Positions 1 to 14,085 of a stretch of DNA of 64,000 nt are shown in pieces. This DNA is from Tilletiaria anomala UBC 951 (taxonomy: Eukaryota): the NCBI RefSeq assembly GCF_000711695.1, contig NW_013547020.1, positions 372,001 through 436,000 on the forward strand, read 5' to 3'. Under the pieces are notes generated by a model, which made no database searches, had not been told where the DNA came from, and saw only the letters and a list, made by a program, of their open reading frames with translations. A program made the position numbers and the translations under genes. Every line of letters begins with the position of its first letter. The stretch's first letter is position 1.

Positions 1-231
1 AAGTGAGTGAACTGCACTTCTAGCTCAGATTCGAAAGACCCGTAAATCTATTTGATCCGCCTTGACGTCGTTGCGCCAGTAACAATTTGGTGGCTAGATG
101 CAGCATCCGCCGTAGCTGTCAGCAAATTAAAATCCAGCACAAAGTACAGCAGGTAAATTCGGCACGAGCGAGCAGGTGATGGTGAGGTGAAAAATAAAAT
201 CAAATAAAAAATCAGAACAGCAAAAATAAAC

Positions 232-337
232 TGCCTCCTAAGAGATTTGAACTCTTGATCTTCGCATTCATCCCAACTCGCGCATTATCACACGAATGTA
301 GTACAAGTGCGACGCTGTACCCCTTAGCCAAAGAGGC
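232..337 (-). tRNA. tRNA-Thr(TGT) with a 34-nt intron (268..301)
   Basis: Minus strand GCCTCTT...AGGAGGCA acceptor stem; anticodon stem TCGCA/TGCGA with loop CT-TGT-A^A; T arm AAGAG-TTCAAAT-CTCTT; intron after position 37; spliced length 72 nt; T-runs just downstream fit a Pol III terminator. Confidence 0.95.
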
Positions 338-759
338 ATTGTTCCACATCCACTGAACCTTTAGCTTCTTAGCTCATGTAAGTATGTCCAGCTACGTAAA
401 ATATGTCACGGCCGAGAGCGTTATTCCTTGGAGGCCCCGATGACGTCGTTTCATCTGCCGCTCATCCCCTTTAGCGCCAAAGGCAATTGGAGCTTTCAAC
501 TGCCCAGGTGTGCAGTGTGCCGCATCAGCCGAGAAAGAGCACAGCCGACAACCTCTCGCATTCGTTTCTGCGAAAGCAAGATCGCAGGACTTCACGTTCT
601 TCTCCCACATCCTGCTTGCTCACTATTGGTTGAAGCTGTGTCCCTGGGTGTTTGAGGTGCAGATAGCCAGGCTCAACAGGCACATTTAACGAGATAGGCC
701 AGCACCAGATCTGGCACTTTGCAGGGGTGTTCAAACCCAGCTGTAGCAAGTCGAATAGG

Positions 760-2727
760 ATGCCGCAGGTCAAGATCATCAACGACACACTCCTGCCGCT
801 GCACATTTGCCTCAAGCAAGTCTCGCCGCTGTACTATGCTAACAATATTGAACCCTCTGGAGGTGAAGCGGTCTTCAATCCAGGCGCGGTGTGGTTTACC
901 ATAGAGGCAAGGATCGCGCAGATTAAAAAGGAAAGCGAGAAGGCGGAGAACGAGTACACACGTTGGGACACGTGGGTTCAATGGTCAGATCTTGCATCTC
1001 TTGATGAGGGCATGGCTGACGCAAATACTTTTCGCAGATACGTACCGATCGCAGCAGTCTCCGTGGCCGTCCTCTCTCTGGGGGTAGGCGCAGTCTACGT
1101 GGCAGGCACAGCTGCGGCAACTGGATCCATTTCAGGCATGCTCACCGCCATTTCGACCGACATGGCCGTGTCACTACCGACGGTCCGGCGGCTGTACAAG
1201 TATGCCAAGCAAGGACAGCGTGTGGTTCATATCGGTCAGGTAATCGGCATTGGCAATGAGAGCTCTTTGACGAACAAGCTTGCTGGAGTCACCACAGCTA
1301 CTCCGGGCACTAGCTCAAGCGGCAACAAATGGAGATGGCTCGGTAAAAAGCAGGGGTCGCCAGAAGATGCTAAAGCATTGAATAAAGCTGAGGGCAAAGG
1401 GCAGGGGCAACAGCTGCAGCGCAAAGCAGAAAAAGAGGTAGAGAACTCAGTCGCTAGAGCACTGAAGAACCTCCTTGACGGCTCTGTGCTCAGCTCTTAT
1501 GGCTGGTTCATGTCCAAGGAGCGCACGCTGCACATCATCGGCGGTCCGCGTGCGACCGAGGTCGAAGGGTTCTTGGTCATCGAAACGGACACTTACGAGC
1601 CGTTCCGCATCGTCGATGAGAAAGGAGAAATCGTCGGAATAGGTGTGGAGGAAGTCCCTGACGCTACCGAAGGAGAGAAAGCTGCAGCGTTGGATGCAGT
1701 CGCTGCTGTCAAAGGGGGCCAGGCGCACCCCGAAAGTGAAGGAATGCCCGAGTCGTTTAAGGGAGGAAATGGCAAGAATATGCCGCCTTGGAAGGAGCGC
1801 CTGGTCGCCTCGTTAAACAGTGCAACTACACAGACCTGCGCTACGCTCGCAGAATGGAAGATGTATGCCACAAAGCAAGCGGAGACCGCCCAGGAGTACG
1901 TGAAAGCTCGCAGTGGTATTCCGGCGGCCGACAAAGCAGAGATGCAAGCGAGAGGTTGGGAGATAGGTCTTGTGGAGCACACTGAGGCGGAAGGGGCCAA
2001 TGATGTCACAAAGTACTCAGCTGTTCCTACTCCATCTGAAGCACTAGCGGTACCCGATAGTTCTGTTGTTGGAGGAGCTACGACGGCCGACGCGGAAGCA
2101 GATGTCCCTCCTTCGCCTCAAAACGAATCATCGCCAGTCGACAAGCTTGTCGAGATGGGTTATACGCGACAAGAAGCGAGGCAAGCACTTTTGCACGAAC
2201 AGGGAAATCTCGAAAATGCGCTGGAGAGGCTGCTCATTCGGGACCAGGAAAAGGCTGTTCTCGCGCAGTCGCAGTCCGGTGTCAATTCAGCATGTAGCAG
2301 CACTGTCGCTTTTACGGCCGATTCTGCAGTTGGGCAGACGAGCAGCTCAGCAGATGCAACCGTGATGCTTGCTGGCACATCCGCACAACGTAGTGCCTCG
2401 CAGCTCCTCACCCCACCGGAGGCAACGACAACGACGTTGTCATCGTCCTCCTTTCCTGCACCAACCCCATCGCCCTCGTCTCCGGGCCGAGTGCTGCCGG
2501 TGAAGAACGCCGAGAGTGTGACGCAGCCGCACTGGGTGACGCGCGTGCATAATACAGCGAGCGGGTGGATCGACTCAGCGGAGCGTACGCCGTTTGTAGG
2601 CGGCGCGACCCGCATCGGCGCTGATGTCGTCCGCAAGCGCGGCGATCGCTGGTTGAGCAAGGATAGCAGCACCAGCATTGCCAAGAGGAGTGCGGCAGAG
2701 AAGAAAGGGAAGGAGAAGAATAAATGA
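760..2727 (+). CDS. Uncharacterised protein: N-terminal beta-rich domain, hydrophobic Gly/Ala segment, UBA domain and Ser/Thr-rich tail
   Basis: Long ORF, first ATG at 760; UBA signature VDKLVEMGYTRQEARQALLHEQGNLENALERLL (~2137-2235). Confidence 0.8.
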   Translation: MPQVKIINDTLLPLHICLKQVSPLYYANNIEPSGGEAVFNPGAVWFTIEARIAQIKKESEKAENEYTRWDTWVQWSDLASLDEGMADANTFRRYVPIAAVSVAVLSLGVGAVYVAGTAAATGSISGMLTAISTDMAVSLPTVRRLYKYAKQGQRVVHIGQVIGIGNESSLTNKLAGVTTATPGTSSSGNKWRWLGKKQGSPEDAKALNKAEGKGQGQQLQRKAEKEVENSVARALKNLLDGSVLSSYGWFMSKERTLHIIGGPRATEVEGFLVIETDTYEPFRIVDEKGEIVGIGVEEVPDATEGEKAAALDAVAAVKGGQAHPESEGMPESFKGGNGKNMPPWKERLVASLNSATTQTCATLAEWKMYATKQAETAQEYVKARSGIPAADKAEMQARGWEIGLVEHTEAEGANDVTKYSAVPTPSEALAVPDSSVVGGATTADAEADVPPSPQNESSPVDKLVEMGYTRQEARQALLHEQGNLENALERLLIRDQEKAVLAQSQSGVNSACSSTVAFTADSAVGQTSSSADATVMLAGTSAQRSASQLLTPPEATTTTLSSSSFPAPTPSPSSPGRVLPVKNAESVTQPHWVTRVHNTASGWIDSAERTPFVGGATRIGADVVRKRGDRWLSKDSSTSIAKRSAAEKKGKEKNK

Positions 2728-3595
2728 TCTTGTACTACAATATTATAGATTCTTTTCGTTGTATTTTATACCTTTGCACACTTGAGTGCTTCTCATGCTG
2801 TTGCCATAAGTCCACTATTCCGTCGCCCTACACACTCCATGGCCGCCGGGTCTGTCTCGCACGGATGTTTTCCACCAGCCCATTCATCTGTGCCGCGAAC
2901 TGGCATCCGTGTCACCTATGTTTGCCAACGCTGAATCCTTCGTGACAAGACGCCTTAAGCTCAACGCCGCGAGATACGGTAGATTGCAAGCTGGGCTCTG
3001 CGTGTTGGCGAGCGGATGATGCGGATGTCTTATTCTAACACAGCTTGACGTCACAAAATATGACGGGCTGGTTCCGCACTCCTGTTGGGGTGCACAGTTG
3101 CAGCATCCAGAAACAACGCATTATGTGCAGCAAACCAATGCGTACTTAAAAGGCCGGACGGAGCGACGTCATGCGGGCGAACAGGAGAAGTTGCTGAGGA
3201 CCGGAAAGGGATGGGAAAAGATTGGGAAATTGAACAGGGTTCCGGTGATATCACCGAATCCGGGGGATATTGCCTCCGTTAGCTCCACGGTTCGGCTGAT
3301 TTCTCGGGGAAATGGAGGAGTGGGCGCCCTGAAGCGGAGAAGGATAGGCGATGAAGCTGCTCGCTCGTTCCTCCATGCTTGACGATGCTTCATTCATCGA
3401 GGTTGGGCAACTCTTAAGGACTTGAAGACCCAGCTCGCTCTAGGGAGTTCCAGAAGTAGATTGTCTAGAAACGCGGCCAGCGCGGTCCAAGTTGAAGCCC
3501 AACTGATTCGCTTCGATCTTGACCTGCATGCATATACTTGCCCCGGGAGAATTGCAAGCACACCTGTCTGACAGGGCTGCAGTGCGACCTCACGA

Positions 3596-6500
3596 ATGTC
3601 GTCCAATATCCAAGCTCTGCTCGCTGCTGCCCAAGGGCATGGGGATGTACGTGCTCACGGAAACGGAACGCAAGAGCAAGGCGCCGCTTCTCCTCAGGAA
3701 GGCCGAGCACATCTGGGCAGTGTCGCAGCCAGGCTCAGCATGTCTGACAATCCGCACGGTCTTCCGCTTCACCGCTCACCGGCGTCTGCGCAACCTCCGA
3801 GTCCAAAGTCGGGCATCGACTCCGTCAATCCATCCGTCGATGGCAGCAACACAAATGGCATGTACCATAAAACCCCATCTACATCGCTCTACCACAGCCC
3901 GACGCAAGGACACTCTTTTGGGCAGCATCTTGCAGGGGCCATGGGTGTGGAACGATCGCAGCCAGGCCTGAAAGTTGCGACCAATGGTATCTCGCATATG
4001 TACCAGCATGTGAGGCCCGCTGCCACGGCATCCGTGAGCGCTGGATCTGCCCCAGGCTCCGGCATCCCTCCCATTACAGCCTCGCGAGCCTTCAGCCCTG
4101 TAGGACCAAGCTTGTCGCATTCGCCTGCGCACTCGCCGCAACAAGGGATGCAAATGACAGAGTCATTCTCTACCACTTCCTCCTTCGCAACAGCTAGTGG
4201 AGGAGGAGGGACAAGCAAAAAATCAAAGGCAGCAGCGACGCACACCATTGCGGACGAGCTGGCGGAAGCGGTAGGCTCCAAGAAGGATCGCAAGCGCAAG
4301 CGGGTGCACTACTCGTGCGCTGAATGCCATCGGCGGAAGCACAAATGCGATCGCAAGATCCCGTGCAAGCCTTGCGTTGACCGAGGGATCGGCGCCGTCT
4401 GCAGGCCCTTCGAGGAAGGAGACCAGCATGGCGACGTGCGTGATCGCGTCGCGCGCTTGGAGGATATTGTCGAGGGCCTCGCCCTTGCGCAGACCGCCAT
4501 GGCGCGAGAACTGGCCTATGCTAAAGGGCTACTCCCTCCTGGCACGAAAGTGGAGGATGAACCTGGCGCAGCTGCCGACCTGGTCGGCTTGGCGGGGCTT
4601 GCAACAGCGCCCGGCTCAAACGGTGGCAGCAAGAGTGTGACAGGCAAAGCCCAGGATAGGTCCATTCCCATGGCGCAACCCACTTTCTCTGCTCTGCGAC
4701 GTAGCCAGGAGGACTTGGGCATGGATGGCAGCAATGAGGATATGGACAATGACATTCCTTTTGCCGAGCAAGACCATCACGGCGCCAAGCGCACACGCAC
4801 TGCCAACAATCACCATTCATCGTCTGCTACTTCATCCGCTGCTAGAGGTAGGTTCCGAGCAACGCAGGTATCGGCGGCGGAGAAGAATGATCCGGATGCA
4901 CACGAACTGGAAATCGAACGGAGGACGCTCGATGGTCAATTTGCCAATGATGGTGATAGCTGGTTCGGAGCGCTGGCGCTGCCGAGCGTTAGCCGAGGCG
5001 TCATCGAGACCGAGGTAGGTGTAAGACCCTGATGGGAGGAGCGTTACCTCATTGATGGACCAAAGGACTAGGCCAGCTGATGAAAAAGTGCACCTTTTTG
5101 AATCTGTAGATTCATGGCGAAAAGCTGGAGCTAGGCGCTCGTATGCCGAAGTACCCAGCATCACACAAGCTTAACAGGCTCATCTACGAGGGAGGCGCGC
5201 CGCCAGACATTCTCGATGAGCTCATGTCTGGCTTGCCACCGCGTTGCGAGACGGATTCGCTACTAGAACTCTACTTCCGCGATATCAACTGCACGCGTTT
5301 GCCCATCCACGAAGCCGACTTCCGGCAGAGCTACGAAGACTTGATGGAGTTCCGTTGGGGCGATGCCGAAGAGCGGCTTGGGGATGACGGTGCACGGCAC
5401 CTGCCATTCTTGTCTCTGCTCTACTCCATCCTCGCCATCGCCCGCCAAGCCAACGCCGAAAATAAGGAGACATTCGAGAGTGCCAAAACTGGTGCCACAC
5501 GCCTGTACCACCTCTGCCGCAAGTGTACGCTCGTCGCGAGTGTCATCAGGGTCGACCACATCGACCTCGTCCTCACACATCTGTTCACCGCGCGCTTCTT
5601 GACTGTCCAGCGCCAGAGCGCCGAGGCATGGAGCCAGCTCGGCACGACGATTCGCGCGGCGCAGGCGATCGGCTTGCATCGTGATGGGAGCAAGCTGGGC
5701 ATGGATGGCGTGACTACGGAGCGCCGCCGACGGATCTGGGCTTTGATCTTTTGGATGGACAAGACCACTTCCATCCTCCTCGGTCGACCGCAGGCCATCC
5801 AGGAGATGCATTGCGATACGCTTCCGCCAAGCGATATTGACATCGACACCATGCCGCGCTCGACGAAGCCACTACCACCAAAGCCTCCGTGCCAGGACCC
5901 AAAGTCCCCGCCGGGGGTCTACGCGTACGTCGCCATCCGGCATGAGCTCACCAAGCTGACCGGTCAAATCGTCGAACACTTTCAGAATTTAAGCTCGCCG
6001 CGCAAGTACTCGGATTGCCTTCGACTCGATGAGGATCTCGAAAAGTTTCAGAAGAGCTTGCCTCCGCCTTATAGATCGGAAGCACTTGGTGGTATTGATC
6101 GCTCGTTCGATAAGATCTGCCCCTGGCTGCCATTACATCGGTATTTGCTCAACGTCGAATATCACTATGTGCGCATCGCCTTGCATCGTCCTTGTGCGTT
6201 CCACTCGAGAGCATGCGTGTTTCGCCTTGACCTGACTCACTGTCCCCTTCTGCCCCTAAAGATGTTCTGCGAAACTCGGACAAGTACTCACAATCACGTA
6301 AGGCCGCCTTTCAGTCTGCCAAAATGGACAGGCTGATCCGCCAAGAGTACCATCGCGAGGTCAATTGGTCCAGCGATCGCGCACGTAAGGTGCACATGGG
6401 CGGTCTATATCGCCTTTTCAAGTGAGCCGAGCGAGCCCTCCAAGCTGCCGCACAGCGTTGACGCCTACTCTTCTCCGTCGCAGTGCTACTATGATGATCG

Positions 6501-7354
6501 GTGTGGCGCTTTTGTTGGACCCTAACTCGTCCGAGGCTCCGGAACTTCTTGCCATTCTGGATGAGTTCATCGAGCAGCACCGTGCGTCGGACTTGGCCGA
6601 CTTCTGCAGCAAGCGTGAGGTGAAAATCATCGAGCTCTTCCGCGCCAAAGCTCAAGATCCGAGCTGGTGCGCTGCCACAGCCACAGGCGCGCGAAAGCGA
6701 GCTAACGCGCAGCGTGCCCGAACCACTACGCCCAAGCTTGGACCGCCAGTATCGTCCATGCGGACGGATATTACCCCAACGAAGAAGGCCAGCACAGTCG
6801 GGCCCACGGCTGCCGGCACTGTAGCTGGTCTGAGCAATATTTCGACGCCTCCTGATGAATCAACAACCTCTTCGAATGATAACGACCTCGCGCAGACTAT
6901 TTTCGATCAGCTTGGCGGGCTTGAGAACTTTGGTCTCTACCAGAACTCCGTCCCGCCTGCTGACGGAACGCTTGCTCCGCAGCCCATGACCCTTGACCTC
7001 AATGGCGGTTTCGATGAATTCATCACCTTTTGGTCAGAAGGCCCCACTGCGTCTACACCCGCGCCGCCCGAGACGAAAGACGTCAAAGCCAGCACCGGCA
7101 TGACGCCGAGCACGAGCCAAGTGGGCTGCGCTTTTGGCTCCTTGGATACGCTCTCTTCGCCAGCCACCGGCACCGACATGAACGTTTTTGGCAAAGGCGC
7201 AATGAACGTGTCCTTCCCCCCCGGCGCGACGTTGGCTCCTGCTTCGCGTGGCAATAGCGACGATTCCACATTGATCCCCTGGGGCGGTCTCATCGAGGCG
7301 ATCGCTCCAAGCAATCAGGGTATACCGAGTCACAGCCATGTCGGCAAGCGGTGA
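3596..7354 (+). CDS. Zn(II)2Cys6 fungal transcription factor with middle homology domain; exons 3596-5014, 5110-6193, 6262-6421, 6484-7354
   Basis: SCAECHRRKHKCDRKIPCKPCVDRGIGAVC binuclear cluster; AQAIGLHRD...ERRRRIWALIFWMD...LLGRP Fungal_trans motifs; three GT..AG introns restore one frame. Confidence 0.92.
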
Positions 7355-7392
7355 GCGACGGAGCTCGGCATGCAAATATGTTCAGTCCTCCA

Positions 7393-9520
7393 TTATGGAA
7401 AATTAAAATGCTTCAATACAGATAACACCACTGGGAGGATCACTTTGCGATTCGCTTTGGCATTTCTTTGGCGATATGCCCGGACCCAGAGGGTGTTTCC
7501 GCTCGGAGAGCCGAGCCAGTTTCCTTCCAGTCCAACGCGATCGAGGCGATCTCGCTTGCCGCTGGAAGGTATCTCTTTTCCTTTCCACGGTTGCTTGAGC
7601 ATCAGACGAAGGGGCGATGCCGGCGCCTCCTTGTACGCCGCCCCATCCGAAATGTACGTCTCTTGTTCTAAGCCTTTCAGGAGGCCAGAGAAGACAGGTG
7701 GGGGCGCCAACTGCCCTTGTGGCGTGGACTGGCGGTGAATGATGATCCTGGGAGTATCTAGTCAACGTCATGCTTTTTGAAAACGCTTTCGCATGCTGCA
7801 AGCAAACCCACAGTTCACGCATGTGCTTGTCCTTTTCGTCTTGCGTGCGCTGCTTTTCGCGGCACCTCATCAAGCATATCGCGAAGTCGAGATCACTCTC
7901 CGCCATAAAATCATCGAGAGCTCTCCACCAGGCATCCCACAACGTTTGCCTCTCTTCTTCCGGTTTCTTGATCGGCGTTTTCTCAAAGCCGTATACGAGT
8001 GCAGACATGGATGTAGGGATGGTGGAAAAAGCAATATGCAAATCTAGTTGCATCTTGGATCCAATAGCCACCGCACCGGCTGTGACCGACATGATCTTAC
8101 AATCTCTCCGGAGAAAATCGTCAGCGGACAGGTGGTAAATGACCGACCTCTTGGCGAACGAAATGGATTTCCAAGCTGGAGCAACCATATCGCGCAATGC
8201 ATCGATGCGCTCCTGCGTTGGTGTATCAGGATCGGGCTCCGTATTGGTGCGCTTGACGAGGACTGGCGACGGTGGGCTCGTAAGCTGATTGGCGAAGGCA
8301 ACATCTTTCTCCGGGACGCTTCCAAACAGCGCTGACGTGATCAAGTGGTTGGGTACAAGTTGCGGCATCATGCTGCTGATGTTGGAGATTATCCGCGCCC
8401 TATTGGTCGGATCAGCCAAGGAGGAGAAGGGCAATAGCAGGTTGTAGGCTTTTGCGTCGTGCTTAGTGCCCTTACCCAACGGGCGAAGCTTGAGCTGCGA
8501 GGCACAAAATCATCAGTCACATTGTATGACCGATGCGACGCTTACATCTCTCACATTGTCCGTATCCAGCGCGATGGCCGTGAGTAGCAAGTCGGCCACG
8601 GTGATGGGGATTCCGCCTGAAGTGTGTTTCTCTTTACTAAGCCACTGACCTTGAAAAAGCATAGCGACCATGCTAGCGCAACTTCCGACCGGATCCGCGT
8701 CTGGTGGTTTAATCCAGCGTAGAGGTACAGTAAGATGCGCCTGCTCGTCCGCATGGTGATCGACGATCAGCCTTACTTCGCGTTCCATCCCTTTGCTGCC
8801 CCAGAGCGGGCCGAGCCGATTATGATCGACAAGACCAAAGGAAATGCCGTTGGCTGGCCCGAGCTTTGGAGATGTCGCAAGAACGTCCTGGTGGAATTTG
8901 TTGCGCCGACGAAGGGCAGGGGCCGAAGTATTTGCGGAAGACATAGCAATGCTCTCATGAGCTGTACTTTCGCTCAGTGCATCGGCAATATCATCGAGCC
9001 ATGTCAGGTTAGGTAGCCAACCGTCTCGTAACATGGAAGCGCTGTCGCCCAGTGTGATCTGCAGAACCAGGTTGTTCTCCGGGCGCAAGGGCGACGTCGA
9101 GCGGTTCGCTTGGATGATCGGCACATATAGCGTCGTCCTTCCATTTGCGTGCCCCAGGCGAGGGTGAGGGAGCGCTGTGAGCAGATAGGCAAGAGCAATG
9201 GCACTTGCGACCGAATCGAGGTCTGCTGCGTCATTACCCATGATGATCACAATGTTTTCATCGCCAGCGCTGGATAAGCCAGAAAGTTTTGCCAACAGCT
9301 TTTCCTTGCCACTTTGCAGAAAGCTTTGCAGGGAATGCATTCTCTTGTCGTTAGCCTCTGAGGGATGGTGAGGACACGCACTAGAGGAAGAAGCGTTTCT
9401 TGAGCCTTGCTCGGCGATTGCATCGCCCGAGACCTCGTCCTTCGAGACCTTCTTGCTGCTGTCCTTGATTGTCAAATCAGCAAATGACTCTTCGACGGTG
9501 AACTCTGCGAAATTGGGCAT
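7393..9520 (-). CDS. PPX1: Exopolyphosphatase, DHH/Prune family; 3 exons (introns 8495-8554 and ~7748-7811)
   Basis: GNDAADLDSVASA, LVDHN, IVDHH, VGSCAS, IALDTDN, RRDCK and C-terminal RQRNAKANRKVILP motifs. Confidence 0.88.
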
Positions 9521-10042
9521 GTTGACGACTCTTTAGGTGTGAAAGAGTGCATATGCATTTGAATATTTCAGCCTCTGGCCCATCGCCAGCCGTCGTCAAT
9601 TTTACCTTTTCCATGGCCCCATGGTCAACCCGGACCCCGAAGGAAGGTCCCTCATTGAGGCTTGCGCTTACAGGGTTGATGGTGGCAGATCGTGGCCGAG
9701 GAAGAGACGGCAGGAGGGTCCTGTGGAGGAACATGGCCTTCAAAGGTCAAAGTAGATCCGGAACGAGCCGTTGTCGATTTGTGCATCCTCGCAACGCCAA
9801 TAACTCGCGTCCTTGAGCACCGCGTTTCACGGTGAGCGTCACCCAACTTCAACACCTGTGACACCTCCCATATCTCTGCCATTGTTGCAACTTCGCACTT
9901 CGGGGCTCGGGAAAGGCGACACAACAGGCGACCAATCGATTTGCGCGGCTGACGGCCAGCACTGCTGAGTTCTCCTACGACACTTCATCGAAGGGCCTAC
10001 GAGCCTCCTCTCGGCAACGACTCAAACACAGTTGTGGGTAGA

Positions 10043-10984
10043 ATGAACTCTGAACAGGGAAGCAGCGGTGCTTCTCTGCCAAATAGGGCTCTACAGCAGC
10101 AGCAAATGCAACAGCAACAGCAAGATCCGATGACTTTATCAGTCATTTCTCATTTCGAGCTTCCCGCGAGAGCATCGCCTTCGACTGCTGCATTCGAGGG
10201 GCAAAGCCAGCCTAGCCATTCTTCATCTTTACATCCTTCTGATGCAGCGGCAAGTAGTCTTACCCCGGGAGACTTGCTCGGCAGCTCTTCTCATTCAGGT
10301 TCGTGGGGGAAAGCGAAAGTGTCCGCGGTCGAGTCGACTGATGTATCTTGGTTTCTGATTGATACTTCTTCAGCCTTATCAACACAAGCGTCACACTCAA
10401 TACCTGCATGGGTGGACAAGTCACTGCCTGCAGCTTCGGGAAAAGCTACCGCACAAGCAGCTATCCCCAGTGGTCCTGAATTTGACGAGGAGAAGCGCGG
10501 CGACCGCGTACGACGACGACGCGCGGCCTCTGCCTCCTCCGGGTTTTCAGACGAGTCATCAACACTGGAATATCCGGAACGATCCGCGTCGGAACCCTCG
10601 GCACAAGCAGTGGTAACGCCAGCTCCGTCAGGCTCGCTGACCCGATCTATATTCACACCGGGAATATCGCCGTGGCGGCGGGCCTCGCTGTTGCTCGCCT
10701 CGCTCGCCATCAACCTCGGTCTGCCCTTCATCAACGGCGTGATGGTCGGCTTTGGGGAGATCTTCGCGCGCTCCGTGCTGGCGCCCAAGCTTGGCCTGCT
10801 GATTCGCGAGCCAGGAGTAGGAGGCGTAGGCATCGGTGCTAGACAGCCGTCGAATGCGCAAGCGCTTGGTGCTGCGCGCGCCAGCAGGAGCCGCAAGGTT
10901 GGGCTAGAGGGCCATAGGAGTCAGGTGGAGAGCGCGGAAGAATTGGCAAAGCGCACATCTCAGGCCAAGCACGCCATGTCATGA
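10043..10984 (+). CDS. MIM1: Mitochondrial outer membrane insertase Mim1/Tom13 with a long disordered N-terminus
   Basis: Conserved TM segment SLAINLGLPFINGVMVGFGEIFAR; the start codon is uncertain. Confidence 0.8.
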   Translation: MNSEQGSSGASLPNRALQQQQMQQQQQDPMTLSVISHFELPARASPSTAAFEGQSQPSHSSSLHPSDAAASSLTPGDLLGSSSHSGSWGKAKVSAVESTDVSWFLIDTSSALSTQASHSIPAWVDKSLPAASGKATAQAAIPSGPEFDEEKRGDRVRRRRAASASSGFSDESSTLEYPERSASEPSAQAVVTPAPSGSLTRSIFTPGISPWRRASLLLASLAINLGLPFINGVMVGFGEIFARSVLAPKLGLLIREPGVGGVGIGARQPSNAQALGAARASRSRKVGLEGHRSQVESAEELAKRTSQAKHAMS

Positions 10985-11253
10985 AATGGAGTTTATGGGC
11001 AGCAGCCAGCACACATCTGCGCAGCAGGCACGTTGGCGCCCTGGATCATGGATCACGCATACGCGACGGATCGCCGCCTCTCCATGATCCTCACCACATT
11101 GGCAGCAGTGACAGCAAATTTTCATCGAGCGCGTCCCACACAGTGCCGCATGCGAGTCAACGCAAGCAATGGAGGGTACATCAATGCCATGGTCGAATCC
11201 CCATGAGATAGTGAAATCCTCTACAAGTTCCTTGGCCTGCTTTGGTTTTAGTC

Positions 11254-12914
<1,661 letters not shown>

Positions 12915-14085
12915 CTTCTCGTCCGGCTGGCTGTTCCTTCCTTCTGCCCTGTTGGGGGTTTTCTCCTGCAAAGCTGTGGTCCCCGCTTCTAATGCCTGAT
13001 GCCTCTGGCTCCCCTGCAATATGCTTTTTTCAATCGCTTCGCTCCAGTGCTAGGCACTGGGTGGTCGATGGAGCGAGCAGGCGCTGTAGGACTGGTCTTA
13101 GCTGCGTTCGATGCTGGCAAGGTGGCGCTGCACTGGTGAGTGATGATGCGGCTGCTGCTTGCAAATCCTTCAACGCGGGCTGCCCTGTCAAATTTGCGCA
13201 AACAACTAGGCGCGGCTACCACCAGAGATGACCAGCGTGATTCAGGCCGGCGAGGAGGACGATGGGAAAGAAGAGCGAGGAATATGGGATGGGTGGGATG
13301 GGTTGGGATGATGTTTGCTTGTTATCGACGATCATTGTAGGAAGAGCGGGCGCGCGTCTCAGCCCGCGTGAGAACAGCGGTGGGCGCCCGCCACGAGAGC
13401 AGTCAATGCTGGACTCTGTTCAAAGCATTTCACCTCAACCTCGACCTCATCGACGTCGTCCGCGTCCAAAGCAGAGCATCGCGGGCACAGACCGATGAGA
13501 TGGACATGCCGCTGACAGAAGTATTCTCACAGAACAAACGCGGTATGTGAGCGATAAGCGTGGCCATAGAAGAAGAGGCTGAAATCCTATAAAGAGGGGT
13601 GCCGGTTTAGTTGCGTGTGCGTGGTCGTCGTACCCCAGCTCTCGCAAGAAGCAAGGTTTTGTTCAATCCCCTTGTGGTATCGCTTGGCTCGAATGGAAAA
13701 GGCAAGCAGCTGTCGGGGACCTAGCATTCATCCCGATAAGTCGTGTTCCTCGTGAACAAACAAGAGTGAAGGCCAGGCACACCGCCGAAAGGTGCAAAAG
13801 CCTTCAATGACAGAGAAGGAACCAATACGCAAGGAAGATCATCATGCGCAGCATCCCAAGCCGGGCGAAGTCATCCAACTGTATCTAAGGGACATCACAT
13901 CGGTTTTGCATTGGCAGGGTCGTAGTTGTTCTACAAGCGCTGATCATCAAACACATCAAATCCAACCCCAGCCATCAGAAACTCGAGGATAGGTGGCACT
14001 GACGGCGGCTGGACACCCGGACGACCCTGAGACAACTCGATCGCGTTATCAAAACTTTCAAGACAAACACCACTGAGGAATCACC

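Noticed and set aside
727..759. GTG/TTG starts in the ORF track (727, 10034, 20593, 46524)
   Set aside because: This is eukaryotic sequence; downstream ATGs or splice acceptors explain these frames
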